From the human T2T-CHM13v2.0 reference genome, Homo sapiens: a DNA stretch of 64,000 nucleotides. The notes under the pieces are model-generated. The model was not told the origin of the DNA, did no database searches, and was given only the letters and a program-made list of their open reading frames with translations. Numbering within the stretch: position 1 is the first letter of the stretch; every line of letters begins with the position of its first letter. Of the stretch, positions 14,040 through 29,766 are shown piece after piece. The stretch is from NCBI RefSeq assembly GCF_009914755.1, contig NC_060947.1; one strand, 5' to 3'. The position numbers and the translations under genes were made by a program.

Positions 14040-14800
14040 TTTTTAATTAAAAATTAACCTATAATAATTGTACATATTTATAGGATACAGTGTGGTATTT
14101 CGATAGGTGTATACAATGCATAATGATTCAATCAGAGTGATTAACATATCCATCACCTCAAACATTTATCATTTCTTTGTGTTAGGAACATTCAAAATCC
14201 ATTCTTCTGCAATTTGAAAATACACAATGCATTGTAATTTTTTTTTTATTATACTTTAAGTTTTAGGGTACATATGCACAACGTGCAGCTTTGTTACATA
14301 TGTATACATGTGCCATGTTGGTGTGCTGCACCCATTAACTCGTCATTTAACATTAGGTATATCTCCTAATGCTATCCCTCTCCCCTCCCCCCACCCCACG
14401 ACAGGCCCCGGTATGTGATGTTCCCCTTCCTGTGTCCATGTGTTCTCATTGTTCAATTCCCACCTATGAGTGAGAACATGCGGTGTTTGGTTTTTTGTCT
14501 TTGCGATAGTTTGCTGAGAATGATGGTTTCCATCTTCATCCATGTCCCTACAAAGGACATGAACTCATCATTTTTATGGCTGCATAGTATTCCAATATAC
14601 ATTGTAAATTATAATCATTCTATAATACTATAGAACACTATAATATATTCCATTCTTTTAGCTGTACTTTTGTATCTGTTTGTTAACTTTTGGCTACACC
14701 ACTCTCTGTTACTTTTTCCCACCTCTTCTAACCACTATTCTACTCTCTAGTTCTATGAGAACATTTTCAGCTTCCACATATGAGTGAGAACATGTGGTAT
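14040..14800 (-). mobile_element. L1MA-like 3' end (host of an L1PA insertion)
   Basis: catcacctcaaacatttatcatttctttgtgttaggaacattc; resumes at ~14600. Confidence 0.75.
14238..14594 (-). mobile_element. 5'-truncated L1PA4/5-like 3'UTR
   Basis: poly(T) followed by attatactttaagttttagggtac; imperfect TSD atgcattgtaa / atacattgtaa. Confidence 0.9.
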
Positions 14801-15002
14801 GGCATGGATTTATTTGTTTTTTTCCTTTTTTGTGTTTGCTCAACTTATTGAATCTGTAGCTGTATTAATTTTTTTATTTGCTTCAACTATGTTTGTAATT
14901 GGTAATTGAAGCTTTTTCATGTTTTTTTTTTTACAAATCTTTATCTGATAATTTTCACATCACTGTCATTTTGATGTTGGCATCTATTGATTGTCTTTTT
15001 TC

Positions 15003-16122
15003 TTTCTTTTTTTCCACACTTTCATTTTTTTAATAAGGAATTTAAGATCCATAGTATCTTAAAGTTTAATGCTCGGAAGAGACACAATTTCAAGGTGATA
15101 AAAATATTAATTAGAAGACACATAACATGCCTCAAGTATATCAACACTTGACTCCATAAACAAGGCATAACCATGAAAACAACATTCCCTTTATTTTGGG
15201 CTCCCAAAATCAAAAGTAAGATTAGAACTAATTTAATCTATCACAGATATTTAGTATACTCAATAATGCACAATTTATTTAAAAAAACACTAATATTGTA
15301 CAATGTTTCTGTGTTTTAGTTTTTCCCACAGCTGTTGAAAATTTCAGCCTTTATTTGAAACATGACCTGCATGACAGACTATAAGTTGTCAATAGTTATG
15401 TTTCTTTGGAAAAGTACAGTTGTGGCATTTACTCATTTTAGCAGATAGCTAAAAGGGAAAAATAAGAAAAAATATACACTGGACCTGCAGTTAACTTCTT
15501 GACAATGCCAAGGATAAAAAACAGATGAAACAACATTTGTTGAAGATGAAAAGGTATTGCATTGATCTTAATAGATGTTGCGATCTCTGGGTGAGGATGC
15601 TGACTGACTAGACTGCAATATAGAGACACTTTTTCATTTCCCTATTGTTCCTAATACAGAATTGTAGAGCTGGAGAGTACCTTCAGTTTTCTAAATCTAT
15701 TCTCAAACAGGATATCACTAACCTCTTTAGAATCATTCCTCAATATACATCAATTTATTGAGAACTGCCTAATACTCAAAAGAAATGGAACCCTGAGTTC
15801 AGTAAGCTGTGTTCCAAGCGGGAATTATTTTCACTTACCAAAATATCTCCTGTTACCTCAAGGTATCCTTGTGGAGGAATGCTAAATTTTATGTATCAAG
15901 TCTAGACCATAGAGTGCTTTGGTGGGAGTATTTTGATTATATACCTCCTACCCATCAGAAGCAGGCAGCTAATATTGTGAACCGAGTATTTTTGTCAAAA
16001 GTCACAGAGAAGAGACTACAGAAGAATGAGAAAGGTCAAATGGACCTAGTGTGATTGAGTACATGGATCTTGTCTCTTGGAGGTCTGTCGTAAAAGAGAA
16101 AGCACACAGAGGTGAAGACACA
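15003..16122 (-). pseudogene. Processed retrocopy of an unidentified mRNA 3' end, possibly 5'-inverted
   Basis: perfect 14-bp TSD gattgtcttttttc (14989-15002, 16123-16136); T-rich tail at 15003; ATTAAA on the minus strand; non-repeat interior; host L1M sequence resumes after the TSD. Confidence 0.75.
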
Positions 16123-16183
16123 GATTGTCTTTTTTCATTCAGCTTGAGATACTTCTCTTTTTTGGTATGATGGGTAATTTTTT

Positions 16184-16646
16184 AAATTTCATTTGAATAA
16201 TCAGAGGTGTTCCCATCATAATTACAGTAACATGGATTAATGTGTCCCAACCCTAGAGATGAATTTGATTTCCTCATTATGTGTATTATCTTTATCATCC
16301 TCTCAGTATTTGTTTTTCTTCTTCTTTTTTTATTGTACTTTAAGTTCTGGGATACATGTACAGAACGTGCAGGCTTGTTACATAGGTATACACGTGCCAT
16401 GGTGGTTTGCTGCACCCATCAGCCTGTCATCTACATTAGGTATTTTTCCTAATGCTGTCCCTCTTCTAGCCACCACCTCCGGACAGGCCCCGATGTGTGA
16501 TGTTCCCCTCCCCGTGTCCATTTATTCTCATGGTTCCACTCCCACTTATGAGCGAGAACATGTGGTGTTTGGTTTTCTGTTATTGTGTTAGTTTGCTTAG
16601 AATGATGTTTTCCAGCTTCATCCATGTCCCTGCAAAGGACATGAAC
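16184..16646 (-). mobile_element. L1PA7/8-like 3' fragment (16311-16646) with ~130 bp of probable 3' transduction (16184-16310)
   Basis: 17-bp TSD tatgatg(g/a)gtaattttt at 16166-16182 and 16647-16663 encloses the L1 plus extra unique sequence. Confidence 0.75.
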
Positions 16647-18335
16647 TATGATGAGTAATTTTTGATAGAAACATGGTCATTGGAAGGAATTTCAAGATGG
16701 CCATCTTTATTCAGCTGCAAAGGGTCACTCCCACATACAGAGACTAGGATTTCAGCTAAACTAGCATAATTTGAACAGATCTTTGGAGAAAAAAAATGTT
16801 AAATGTGGATGGAGAATAGATGCAGAAGCTGACACTGATGAGGGAGGAAGCTGAGAGCACTACATGTGGTGCCTAAATGTTAGGGCTGGTTCCTAGCCCC
16901 AAACAGCTACTGGGGAAGGAGCAAGTGAAGCAACTGAGAGAGTGTTCACCATCACCACGGACCTCTGAGATCCTATCTGTAGGGGATTCCACATCCTTCC
17001 ACAAATGTTTGAGCTGGCAGGAGGATCTCCGTGGAGATTAGATAGAGATGGAACTGCAGCAGGCACAAAGCCAGGGACTTTGTATACAGGATAGCTCCAG
17101 CAGAGCCTGACCATAAGCATTCATTTTTCAGAGCACTTCATCTCCCTCTAAGAGGAGCTGGCCCTAGATAACTGCCAGGGAAAAAGCAAGGCTAGCTTCC
17201 CTATGAGACTGGTGCATGTCTGTCCTGCATGCCTGCTGCCAGCCACTCCCAGGGCTCCTGGCTGGCCACCCACAAGAACAAGTTCAGAGTACAGCCCTCT
17301 TGCCCAACCTCGGTGCTTTGCTCCATCTGAGTGCATTCCAGCAGGCTGGGAGCCCTCTGAGTTTTACAAAATACCCAGAATTTAAACTCCAGAGTCTGGA
17401 GGAGGAAGCCACGAGTAGTTCCTGGTGCCCATGGCTGAAGCCTGTGGATCAGGAGTTCTGAGCCAGGATCTGTGCCCAGCACTCAAGTGGGAGAGGAACA
17501 AGCACTCTCCAGAACCTGAGAGAGGTGAGTCATTTAGGTTTGCAGGCTGGTTTGGGAACTAGGCATGCCTCTCTCCATAAGATCACCTGGTAAGTGTCTG
17601 GCCTATTTCTTTACCAGACTTCTGCTCAAAGGAGCCCTGTGGCTTGAAACTCTTAACAGCAACAAAAAAATTGAGGGCCCAGTGCTAGTGATCTGAGGTG
17701 GCTCCCTGAAAGCTCAGAAGTGGACCTGGTGAGTAGATCACCTCCCTGTCCCATAGAGCACAGCTTCAAATGCAAAGAGGAACAAAGGAGTCACATGACT
17801 GAATATGAGCCTATGTACCACCCATTGCTCTCAAGCATCATCTACTGGATTGCAGTCCAAACCACAACACCAAAAAACACTGCTAATTTTACCCTTTGGA
17901 AAATCAAGGATAAGAAGTTAACAAAAAACAAAGACTCTGTACAAAGCTTTAATTAGCCTTCTGAAAACTCAAAACGAAGCCAAGTGACTATACTCAATTT
18001 AAACCACAAAAAAAGAACACCAACCCTCCCAGAAGAGAAAGAATCAGCACAAGATCTTTGGCAATTAAAAAAGCCAAAGTGTCCCCTTACCTCCAAATGG
18101 GCCTGCTTGCTCCCCAGCAATGGTTCTTAAACAGCCCGAAATGTCTCAAATGATACACATGGAATTCAGAATGTGGCTGGCAAGAAAGGTCACCGAAATC
18201 CCTGGGAAAAATTGTAACTCAATCCAAGGAAGCCAAGACATCAAGTAAAATGATTCAAGAGCTTAAAGTTGAAAAAGCCATTTTAAGAAAGACCCAAACT
18301 GAACTTTTGAGCTGCAAAATTCACTACAAGAATTC

Positions 18336-19785
<1,450 letters not shown>

Positions 19786-20055
19786 GAATTTCCTAATCTG
19801 AAGTATTAACATCAGAATAAACTAAGCTGAGGACAAAATCTAAGAGCTCAAAGACAAGTTCTTTGAGTCAATTCAATGAGACAAAAATAAAGAGGAAAAT
19901 GAAGAAAAATCAACGAAATCTCCAAGAACAATGGGATCATGTAAAGAGACCAAATCTATGACTCATTGGCATTCCTGACACAGAAGGGGAGATAATAAGC
20001 AACTTGGAAACTATATTTGAGGATATAGTCCATGAAAATTTTTCTAATCTCACTA

Positions 20056-21784
<1,729 letters not shown>

Positions 21785-21917
21785 AAAAGAAAAAATCTTA
21801 AAGACAGCTAGAGAGAAGGGGCAGGTCACTTACAGAAGGAACTCCATCAGGCTAGCAGCAGACTTCTCAGCAGAAACTTTACAAGACAAAATATATTGAG
21901 AGCCTATTTTCAGAAAA

Positions 21918-22562
21918 TTTTTTGTTTTGCAGTTCATCTTTTTATTTAATAAAATCAGAATATGCACAGCACATGCAGTGCTAGAACCTGAACTAATACA
22001 ATAAGCAATTACTAAAGCTACAGTGACTTGAGGTTCAATCTTTACATTCGGCAAGTTTAAATCTTTACATGATTTTTGAATCCTTATTAACTGAAAATAT
22101 TGCTTGCTGATAAAACTGACTGCTCAAATGCTATTGCTGAATCTACAAGTCACTGATTACACCAATACAACAAAGATAACCACATGTTTGAGGATTGCAA
22201 TGTGCCATTCACTGAAAAAAAAAAAAAAACCACACACATAACTAAACAAAATTCACACAACAAACATCTCAGAATCTGGACACTTCGTATCAATGTTCTG
22301 AAGTGTTTAATTAATATCTTAAGACAAGTGTATCAAAACCTTGGCAAGATTTAATTTCAAGTCGCCAATTTTGTTTTTACTAACATCAGAAAGGTATGGC
22401 TACACTGCCAACGCCAGGCCTGCTTAATTTAACTTAAGAATTTAATATGACTTAATATTAAAAGCTCACATTACCACAAAATACATACTTTCATGCATAC
22501 GGTGACATTCAACATTCAATTGCCAGTGTTTATGTACTGTCTTTTGGTCAAGTTTCTTTAAA
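21918..22562 (-). pseudogene. DDX3X: Processed retrocopy of the distal DDX3X-like 3'UTR (no CDS)
   Basis: reverse complement reads aaagaaacttgaccaaaagacagtaca...gttggcagtgtagccat...gcatgtgctgtgcatattctgattttattaaataaaaagatgaactgc plus A tail, matching my recollection of the DDX3X 3' end; needs BLAST confirmation (DDX3Y not excluded). Confidence 0.75.
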
Positions 22563-22668
22563 AAAGAAAAATGAAGAGGGAGGGAGAGAGAGAGAGAGAG
22601 AGAGGAAGAAAGAAAAGAAAAAAGAAAAATTGAAAGGAAAGGAAAGAGGAAAGGAAAATAAAAGAAAA
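22563..22668. repeat. GA-rich low-complexity tract
   Basis: (GA)n and GAAAA runs. Confidence 0.9.
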
Positions 22669-22669
22669 G

Positions 22670-22925
22670 ATCAGGTCAATATCCCTGATTAACGTTGATG
22701 CAAAAATCCTCAACAAAATGTTAGCAAATTAAATCCAGCAGTGCTTTATTCCTGGGATACAAGGCTGGTTCAACATGCACAAATCAATAAATATAGTGCC
22801 AAAAGTCAGTTTGAATATCCAAAACAATTTTAAGCAAACAAACAACATAAAAAATGCCAGAGGCATCACATTACCTGACTTCAAACTATATTTGAAGGCT
22901 GCAGTAATCAAAACAGCATAGTAGT
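22670..22925 (+). mobile_element. L1 ORF2 fragments, internally deleted
   Basis: atatccctgattaacgttgatgcaaaaatcc; ggcatcacattacctgacttcaaac. Confidence 0.75.
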
Positions 22926-22988
22926 GATACTAGCCCCTGGTAATGACTATTCTACGTTCTGTCTTTATGAATTTGACTACTCTAAGCA

Positions 22989-23418
22989 TATTAGGCAGGT
23001 CTGCATGTCTTAACATAAATGCCATAAACTGGGTGGTTTAAACAACATAAATTTGGTGGGTTTTTTTTTTGTTTTTTGTTTTTTTGTTGTTTTTTTTTAC
23101 AGTCCCAGAGAATGGAAGCCTAAAATCAGGGTTGCAGCATGATTAGGATCTGGTGAGGGCTCTCTTCTTTGCTTATATATGGCTGCCTTCTCTCTATGTG
23201 CTCACATGGTGTTTCCTCGATGCATGCGCATGGAAAGAAAGAGAGCAAGTTCTATTGTATTTCTTCTTACAGGTGGAAAAATCCTATTAGATTAGGATTC
23301 ATACCCCTATAACCTCATTTAGCCTTAGTTACCTCCTAAAAGCCCTATCTTCAAATATTGTCACATTAGGGGTTAGGGCTTCAACATAAGAATTTTGGGG
23401 GATAAAATTCAGCTCATT
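22989..23418 (-). mobile_element. MaLR LTR (MLT1A/MSTD-like)
   Basis: aaactgggtggtttaaacaac...tcacattaggggttagggcttcaacat. Confidence 0.8.
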
Positions 23419-23419
23419 T

Positions 23420-24125
23420 TGCTGGGTATCTCATAAACATGGAATTATCAATATTTGTCCTTTTGTGATGGATTTATTTTGGTTAACACAATTTCATCAA
23501 GGTTCATAAATATCAGATAGTAGAATTTTCTTCTTTTATAGCTGAATAATCATTTGTGTGTGTGTGTGTGTGTGTGTGTGTCTGTGTGTGTGTCCAGCAC
23601 ATTTTGTTTATCGATTCATTCATCGATGGATATTTTGGTTGCTTCTACCTTTTGACTATTGTGAATAATGCTGCTATGAACAAGGGAACACAAATAACTA
23701 TTTGAGTCCCTGCTTTCAATTCTTTAGGGCATACCCCCAGAAGTAGAAATGTTGGATGATAAGGTGCTTCTGTGTTTATTTATTTATTTTTTAAACAATC
23801 AGCACAATGTTTTCCTCAATGGCTGCATTACATTACATTCCAACCAAGAATGCACAAGAGTTTCAGTTTCTTCACATACTTACCAACATTTGTTATTTTT
23901 TCTTTATTTTCTTTGTAATTGCCATCTTAAAGGATGTAAACTGGTACTCATTGTGGTTGTGATTTGCATTTCTCTGATGGCTAATTATGTTGAGCATGTT
24001 TTCACGTACTTGTTTGTTATTTGTGTTATCATCTTTGGAGAAATGTTTATTCAAGTCCTTTGCCCATTTTTAAATAAGGTTGTTTGTTTTTTGTTGTTGT
24101 TTTTCAGTTGTGGGATTTTAAAACA
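23420..24125 (-). mobile_element. L1MA/MB-like 3' region containing (TG)n at 23555-23593
   Basis: attgtgaataatgctgctatgaac...ctttggagaaatgtttattcaagtcc. Confidence 0.75.
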
Positions 24126-25014
24126 CATATTCCAAATGATAATCTAACATTTCCTCTTCTCTGAATGTATGTTCCTCCCACCCACCAAATTCAGACATTG
24201 AAATTCTTTTTTTTTTTATTTAAGTTTTAGGGTACATGTGCACAGCGTGCAGGTTTGATACATATGTATACATGTGTGATGTTGGTGTACTGCACCCATT
24301 AACTCTTCATTTAACATTAGGTATATCTCCTAATGCTATCCCTCCCCCATCCCCCCACCACACAACAGGCCCCAGTGTGTGTTGTTCCCCTTCCTTTGTC
24401 CATGTTTTCTCATTGTTCAATTCCCACCTATGAGTGAGAACAGGCGGTGTTTGGTTTTTTGTCCTTGTGATAGTTTGCTGAGACTGATGGTTTCCAGCTT
24501 CATCCATGTCCCTACAAAGGACATGAACTCATCATTTTTTCTGGCCGCATAGTATTCCATGGTGTATATGTGCCACATTTTCTAAATCCAGTCTATCATT
24601 GTTGGACATTTGGGTTGGTTCCAAGTCTTTCCTGTTGGGAATAGTGCTGCAATTAACATACGTGTGCATGTGCCTTTATAGCAGCATGTTTTATAATCCT
24701 TTGGGTATATACCCAGTAATGGGATGGCTGGGTCAAATGGTATTTCTAGTTCTAGATCCCCGAGGAATCGCCACACTGACTTCCAAATGGTTGAACTAGT
24801 TTACAGTCCCACCAACAGTGTAAAAGTGTTCCTATTTCTCCACATCCTCTCCAGCACCTGTTGTTTCCTGACTTTTTAATGATCGCCATTCTAACTGTTG
24901 TGAGATGATATCTCACCATGCTTTTGATTTGCATTTCTCTGATGGCCAGTGATGGTGAGCATTTTTTCATGTGTTTTTTTGATGCATAAATGTCTTCTTT
25001 TGAGAAGTGTCTGC

Positions 25015-26637
25015 TCATATACTTTGCCCACTTTTTAATGGGGTTGTTGTTTTTTTCTTGTAAATTTGTTGGAGTTCATTGTAGATTCTGGATATTAGCT
25101 CTTTGTTGGATGAGTAGATTGCAAAAATTTTTTCCCATTCTGTAGGTTGTCTGTTCCCTCTGATGGTAGTTTCTTTTGCTGTGCAGAAGCTCTTTAGTTT
25201 AATTAGATCCCATTTGTCAATTTTGACGTTTGTTGCCATTGCTTTTGGTGTTTTAGACAAGTAGTCCTTTCCTATGCCTATGTCCTGAATGGTATTGCCT
25301 AGGTTTCCTTCTAGGGTTTTTATGGTTTTAGGTCTAACATTTAAGTCTTTAATCCATCTTGAATTAATTTTTCTATAAGGTGTAAGGAAGGGATCCAGTT
25401 TCAGCTTTCTACCTATGGCTAGCCAGTTTTCCCAGCACCATTTATTAAATAGGGAATCCTTTTCCCATTTCTTGTTTTTGTCAAGTTTGTCAAAGATCAG
25501 ATAGTTGTAGATATGTGGCATTATTTCTGAGGGCTCTGTGCTGTTCCATTGGTCTATATCTCTGTTTTGGTACCAGAACCATGCTGTTTTGGTTACTGTA
25601 GCCTTGTAGTATATTTTGAAGTCAGGTAGCGTGATGGCTCCAGCTTTCTTCTTCTGGCTTAGGATTGACTTGGCAATGCAGGCTCCTTTTTGGTTCCATA
25701 TGAACTTCAAAGTAGTTTTTTCCAATTCTGTGAAGAAAGTCATTGGTAGCTTGAAGGGGATGGCATTGAATCTGTAAATTACCTTGGGCAGTATGGCCAT
25801 TTTCACGATATTGATTCTTCCTACCCATGAGTATGGAATGTTCTTCCATTTGTTTGTATCCTCTTTTATTTCATTGAGCAGTGGTTTGTAGTTCTCCTTG
25901 AAGAGGTCCTTCACATCCCTTGTAAGTTTGATGCCTAGGTATTTTATTCTCTTTGAAGCAATTGTGAATGGGAATTCACTCATGATTTGGCTCTCTGTTT
26001 GTCTGTTATTGGTGTATAAGAATGCTTGTGATTTTTGCACATTGATTTTGTATCCTGAGACTTTGCTGAAGTTGCTTATCAGCTTAAGGAGATTTTGGGC
26101 TGAGATGAAGGGGTTTTCTAGATATAAAATCATGTCATCTGCAAACAGGGACAATTTGACTTCCTCTTTTCCTAATTGAATACCCTTTATTTCCTTCTCC
26201 TGCCTCATTGCCCTGGCCAGAACTTCCAACACTGTGTTGAGTAGGAGTAGTGAGAGAGGGCATCCGTGTCTTGTGCCAGTTTTCAAAGGGAATGCTTCCA
26301 GTTTTTGTCCATTCAGTATGATATTGGCTGTGGGTTTGTCATAGATAGCTCTTATTATTTTGAGATACGTCCCATCAATATAGAATTTATTGAGAGTTTT
26401 TAGTATGAAAGGGTGTTGAATTTTGTCAAAGGACTTTTCTGCATCTATTGAGATAATCACGTGGTTTTTATCGTTGGTTCTGTTTTTATGCTGGATTACG
26501 TTTATTGATTTGCGTATGTTGAACCAGCCTTGTATCCCAGGGATGAAGCCCACTTGATCATGGTGGATAAGCATTTTGATGTGCTGCTGGATTTGGTTTG
26601 CCAGTATTTTATTGAGGATTTTTGCATCGATGTTCAT
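25015..26637 (-). pseudogene. L1 ORF2p reverse-transcriptase domain remnant (540 aa open)
   Basis: [19 protein letters not shown] (FADD catalytic motif), KYLG; separated from the EN domain by frameshifts. Confidence 0.95.
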
Positions 26638-26653
26638 CAGGGATATTGGTCTA

Positions 26654-26788
<135 letters not shown>

Positions 26789-27416
26789 TTACCCCTGGTA
26801 GAATTCGGCTGTGAATCCATCTGGTCCTGGACTTTTTTTGGTTGATAACCTATTAATTATTGCCTGAATTTCAGAGCCTGTTAATTGGTCTACTCAGAGA
26901 TTCAAGTTCTTCCTGGTTTAGTCTTGGGAGGGTGTATGTGTTGAGGAATTTATCCATTTCTTCTAGATATTCTAGTTTATTTGTGTAGAGGTGTTTATAG
27001 TATTCTCTGATGGTAGTTTGTATTTCTGTGGGATCAGTGGCGATATCCTGTTTATCATTTTTTTTTTGCGTCTATTTGATTCTTCTCTCTTTTCTTCTTT
27101 ATTAGTGTTGCTAGCAGTCTATCAATTCTGTTGATCTTTTCAAAAAAACAGCTGCTGGTTTCATTGGTTTTTTGAAGGATTTTTTGTGTCTATTTCCTTC
27201 ATTTCTGCTATGATCTTAGTTATTTCTTGCCTTCTGCTAGCTTTTGAATGTGTTTGTTCTTGCTTCTCTAGTTCTTTTAATTGTGATGTTAGGGTGTCAA
27301 TTTTAGATGTTTCCTGCTTTCTCTTGTGGGTATTTAGTGCTATAAGTTTCCCTCTACACACTGCTTTGAATGTGTCCCAGAGATTCTGGTATGTTGTGTC
27401 TTTGTTCTTGTTGGTT

Positions 27417-28109
27417 TCAAAGAACATCTTTATTTCTGCCTTCATTTCGTGTTCTTTTACATTTGCTGAGGAGTGCTTTACTACCAACTATGTGCTCAAT
27501 TTTGGAATAGGTGTGGTGTGGTGCTGAAAAGAATGTATATTCTTTTGATTTGGGATGGAGAGTTCTGTAGATGTCTATTAGGTCTGCTTGGTGGAGAGCT
27601 GAGTTCATTTCCTGGATGTGCTTGTTAACTTTCTGTCTCGTTGATCTGTCTAATGTTGACAGTGGGGTGTTAAAGTCTCCCATTATTATTTCGTGGGGGT
27701 CTAAGTCTCTTTGTAAGTCTCTAAGGACTTGCTTTATGAATCCAGATGCTCCTGTATTGGGTGCATATATAGTTAGGATTGTAATCTCTTCTTGTTGAAT
27801 TGATCCCTTTACCATTATGTAATGGCCTCCTTGGTCTCTTTTGATCTTTGTGGGTTTAAAGTCTGTTTTATGAGAGACTAAGATTGAAACCCCTGCCTCT
27901 TTTTGTTTTCCATTTGCGTGGTAGATCTTCGTCCATCCCTTTATTTTGAGGCTATGTGTGTCTCTGCACGTGACATGGGTTTCCCGAATACAGCACACTG
28001 TTGGGTCTTCACTTTTTATCCAATTTGCCAGTCTGTGTCTTCTAATTGGAGCATTTAGCCCACTTACATTTAAGGTTAATATTGTTATGTGTGAATTTGA
28101 TCCTGTCAT
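27417..28109 (-). pseudogene. L1 ORF2p endonuclease domain remnant
   Basis: [15 protein letters not shown]...[11 protein letters not shown]...HHTYSKI. Confidence 0.95.
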
Positions 28110-28172
28110 TACGATGTTAGCTGGTTATTTTGCTCCTTAGTTCATGCAGTTTCTTCCTAGCCTCGATGGTCT

Positions 28173-29189
28173 TTACAATTTGGCATGTTTTTGCAGTGGC
28201 TGGTACCGGTTGTTCCTTTCCATGTTTAGTCCTTCCTTCAGGAGCTCTTTTAGGGCAGGCCTGGTGGTGACAAAATCTCTCAGCATTTGCTTGTCTGTAA
28301 AGTATTTTATTTCTCCTTCACTTATGAAGCTTAGTTTGGCTGGATATGAAATTCTGGGTTGAAAATTCTTTTCTTTAAGAATGTTGCATATTGGCCCCCA
28401 CTCTCTTCTGGCTTGTAGAGTTTCTGCTGATAGATCCGCTGTTACTCTGATGGACTTCCCTTTGTGGGTGACCCGACCTTTCTCTCTGGCTGCCCTTAAC
28501 ATTTTTTCCTTCATTTCAACTTTGATGAATCTGACAATTATGTGTCTTGGAGTTGCTCTTCTCAAGGAGTATCTTTGTGGCATTCTCTGTATTTCCTGAA
28601 TTTGAATGTCGGCCTGCCTTGCTAGATTGGGGAAGTTCTCCTGGATAATGTCCTGCAGAGTGTTTTCCAACTTGATTCCATTCTCCCCATCACTTTCAGG
28701 TTCACCAATCAGACATAGATTTGGTCTTTTCACATAGTCCCATATTTCTTGGAGGCTTTGTTCGTTTCTTTTTATTCTTTTTTCTCTAATCTTCTCTTCT
28801 CACTTCATTTCATTCATTTCATCTTCCATCACTAATACCCTTTCTTCCCTTTGATCGAATCAGCTACTGAGGCTTGTGCATTCATCACGTGGTTCTCGTG
28901 CCATGGTTTTCAGGTCCATCAGGTCCTTTAAGGACTTCTCTGCATTGGTTATTCTAGTTAGACTTTCGTCTAATTGTTTTTCAAGGTTTTCAAATTCTTT
29001 GCCATGGGTTTGAACTTCCTCCTTTAGCTAGGAGTAGTTTGATCTTCTGAAGCCTTCTTCTCTCAACTCATCAAAGCCATTCTCCATCCAGCTTTCTTCC
29101 GTTGCTGTTGAGGAGCTTTGTTGCTTTGGAGGAGGAGAGGCACTCTGATTTTTAGAGTTTCCAATTTTTCTGCTCTGTTTTTTGCCCAT
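28173..29189 (-). pseudogene. L1 ORF1p remnant, disrupted
   Basis: MGKKQSRK N-terminus in ORF 29028-29444; KRPNL...RISYPAKLSF...QKHAKL in 28173-28733. Confidence 0.9.
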
Positions 29190-29766
29190 CTTTTTGGTTT
29201 TATCTACTTTGATGATCTTTGATGATGGTGACGTACAGATGGGGTTTTGGTGTGGATATCCTTTCTTTTTGTTAGTTTTCCTTCTAACAGTCAGGACCCT
29301 CAGCTGCGGGTCTGTTGAAGTTTGCTGGAGGTCCACTCCAGACCCTGTTTGCATGAATATCAGCAGCAGAGCCTGCAGAACAGCAGATATTAGTGAACAG
29401 CAAATGTTGCTGCCTGATCGTTCCTCTGGATGTTTTGTCTCCAAAGAGTACCTGGCCGTGTGAGGTGTCAGTCTGCCCCTACTGGTCGGTGCCTCCTAGT
29501 TAGGCTACTCGGGGTTCAGGGATCCACTTGAGGAGGCAGTCTGTCCATTCTCACATCTCCAGCTGTGTGCTGGGAGAACCACTGCTCTCTTCAAAGCTGT
29601 CAGACAGGGACATTTAAGTCTGCAGAGTTTTCTGTTGCCTTTTGTTTGGCTATGCCCTGCCCCCAGAGGTGGAGTCTACAGAGGCAGGCAGGCCTCCTCG
29701 AGCTGCAGTGGGATCCACCCAGTTCAAGCTTCCAGGCCACTTTGTTTACCTACTCAAGCCTCGGCA

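Noticed and set aside
15830-15845. Minus-strand splice donor TG|GTAAGT
   Set aside because: It lies within a TSD-bounded retrocopy and has no supported partner acceptor.
16166-16220. 9-bp inverted match tatgatggg / cccatcata near the TSD
   Set aside because: Too short to separate from chance.
25015-26637. 540-aa RT ORF as an active or novel retroelement gene
   Set aside because: It is an ordinary L1 ORF2 fragment, disconnected from EN by frameshifts and a deletion, and ORF1 is also broken.
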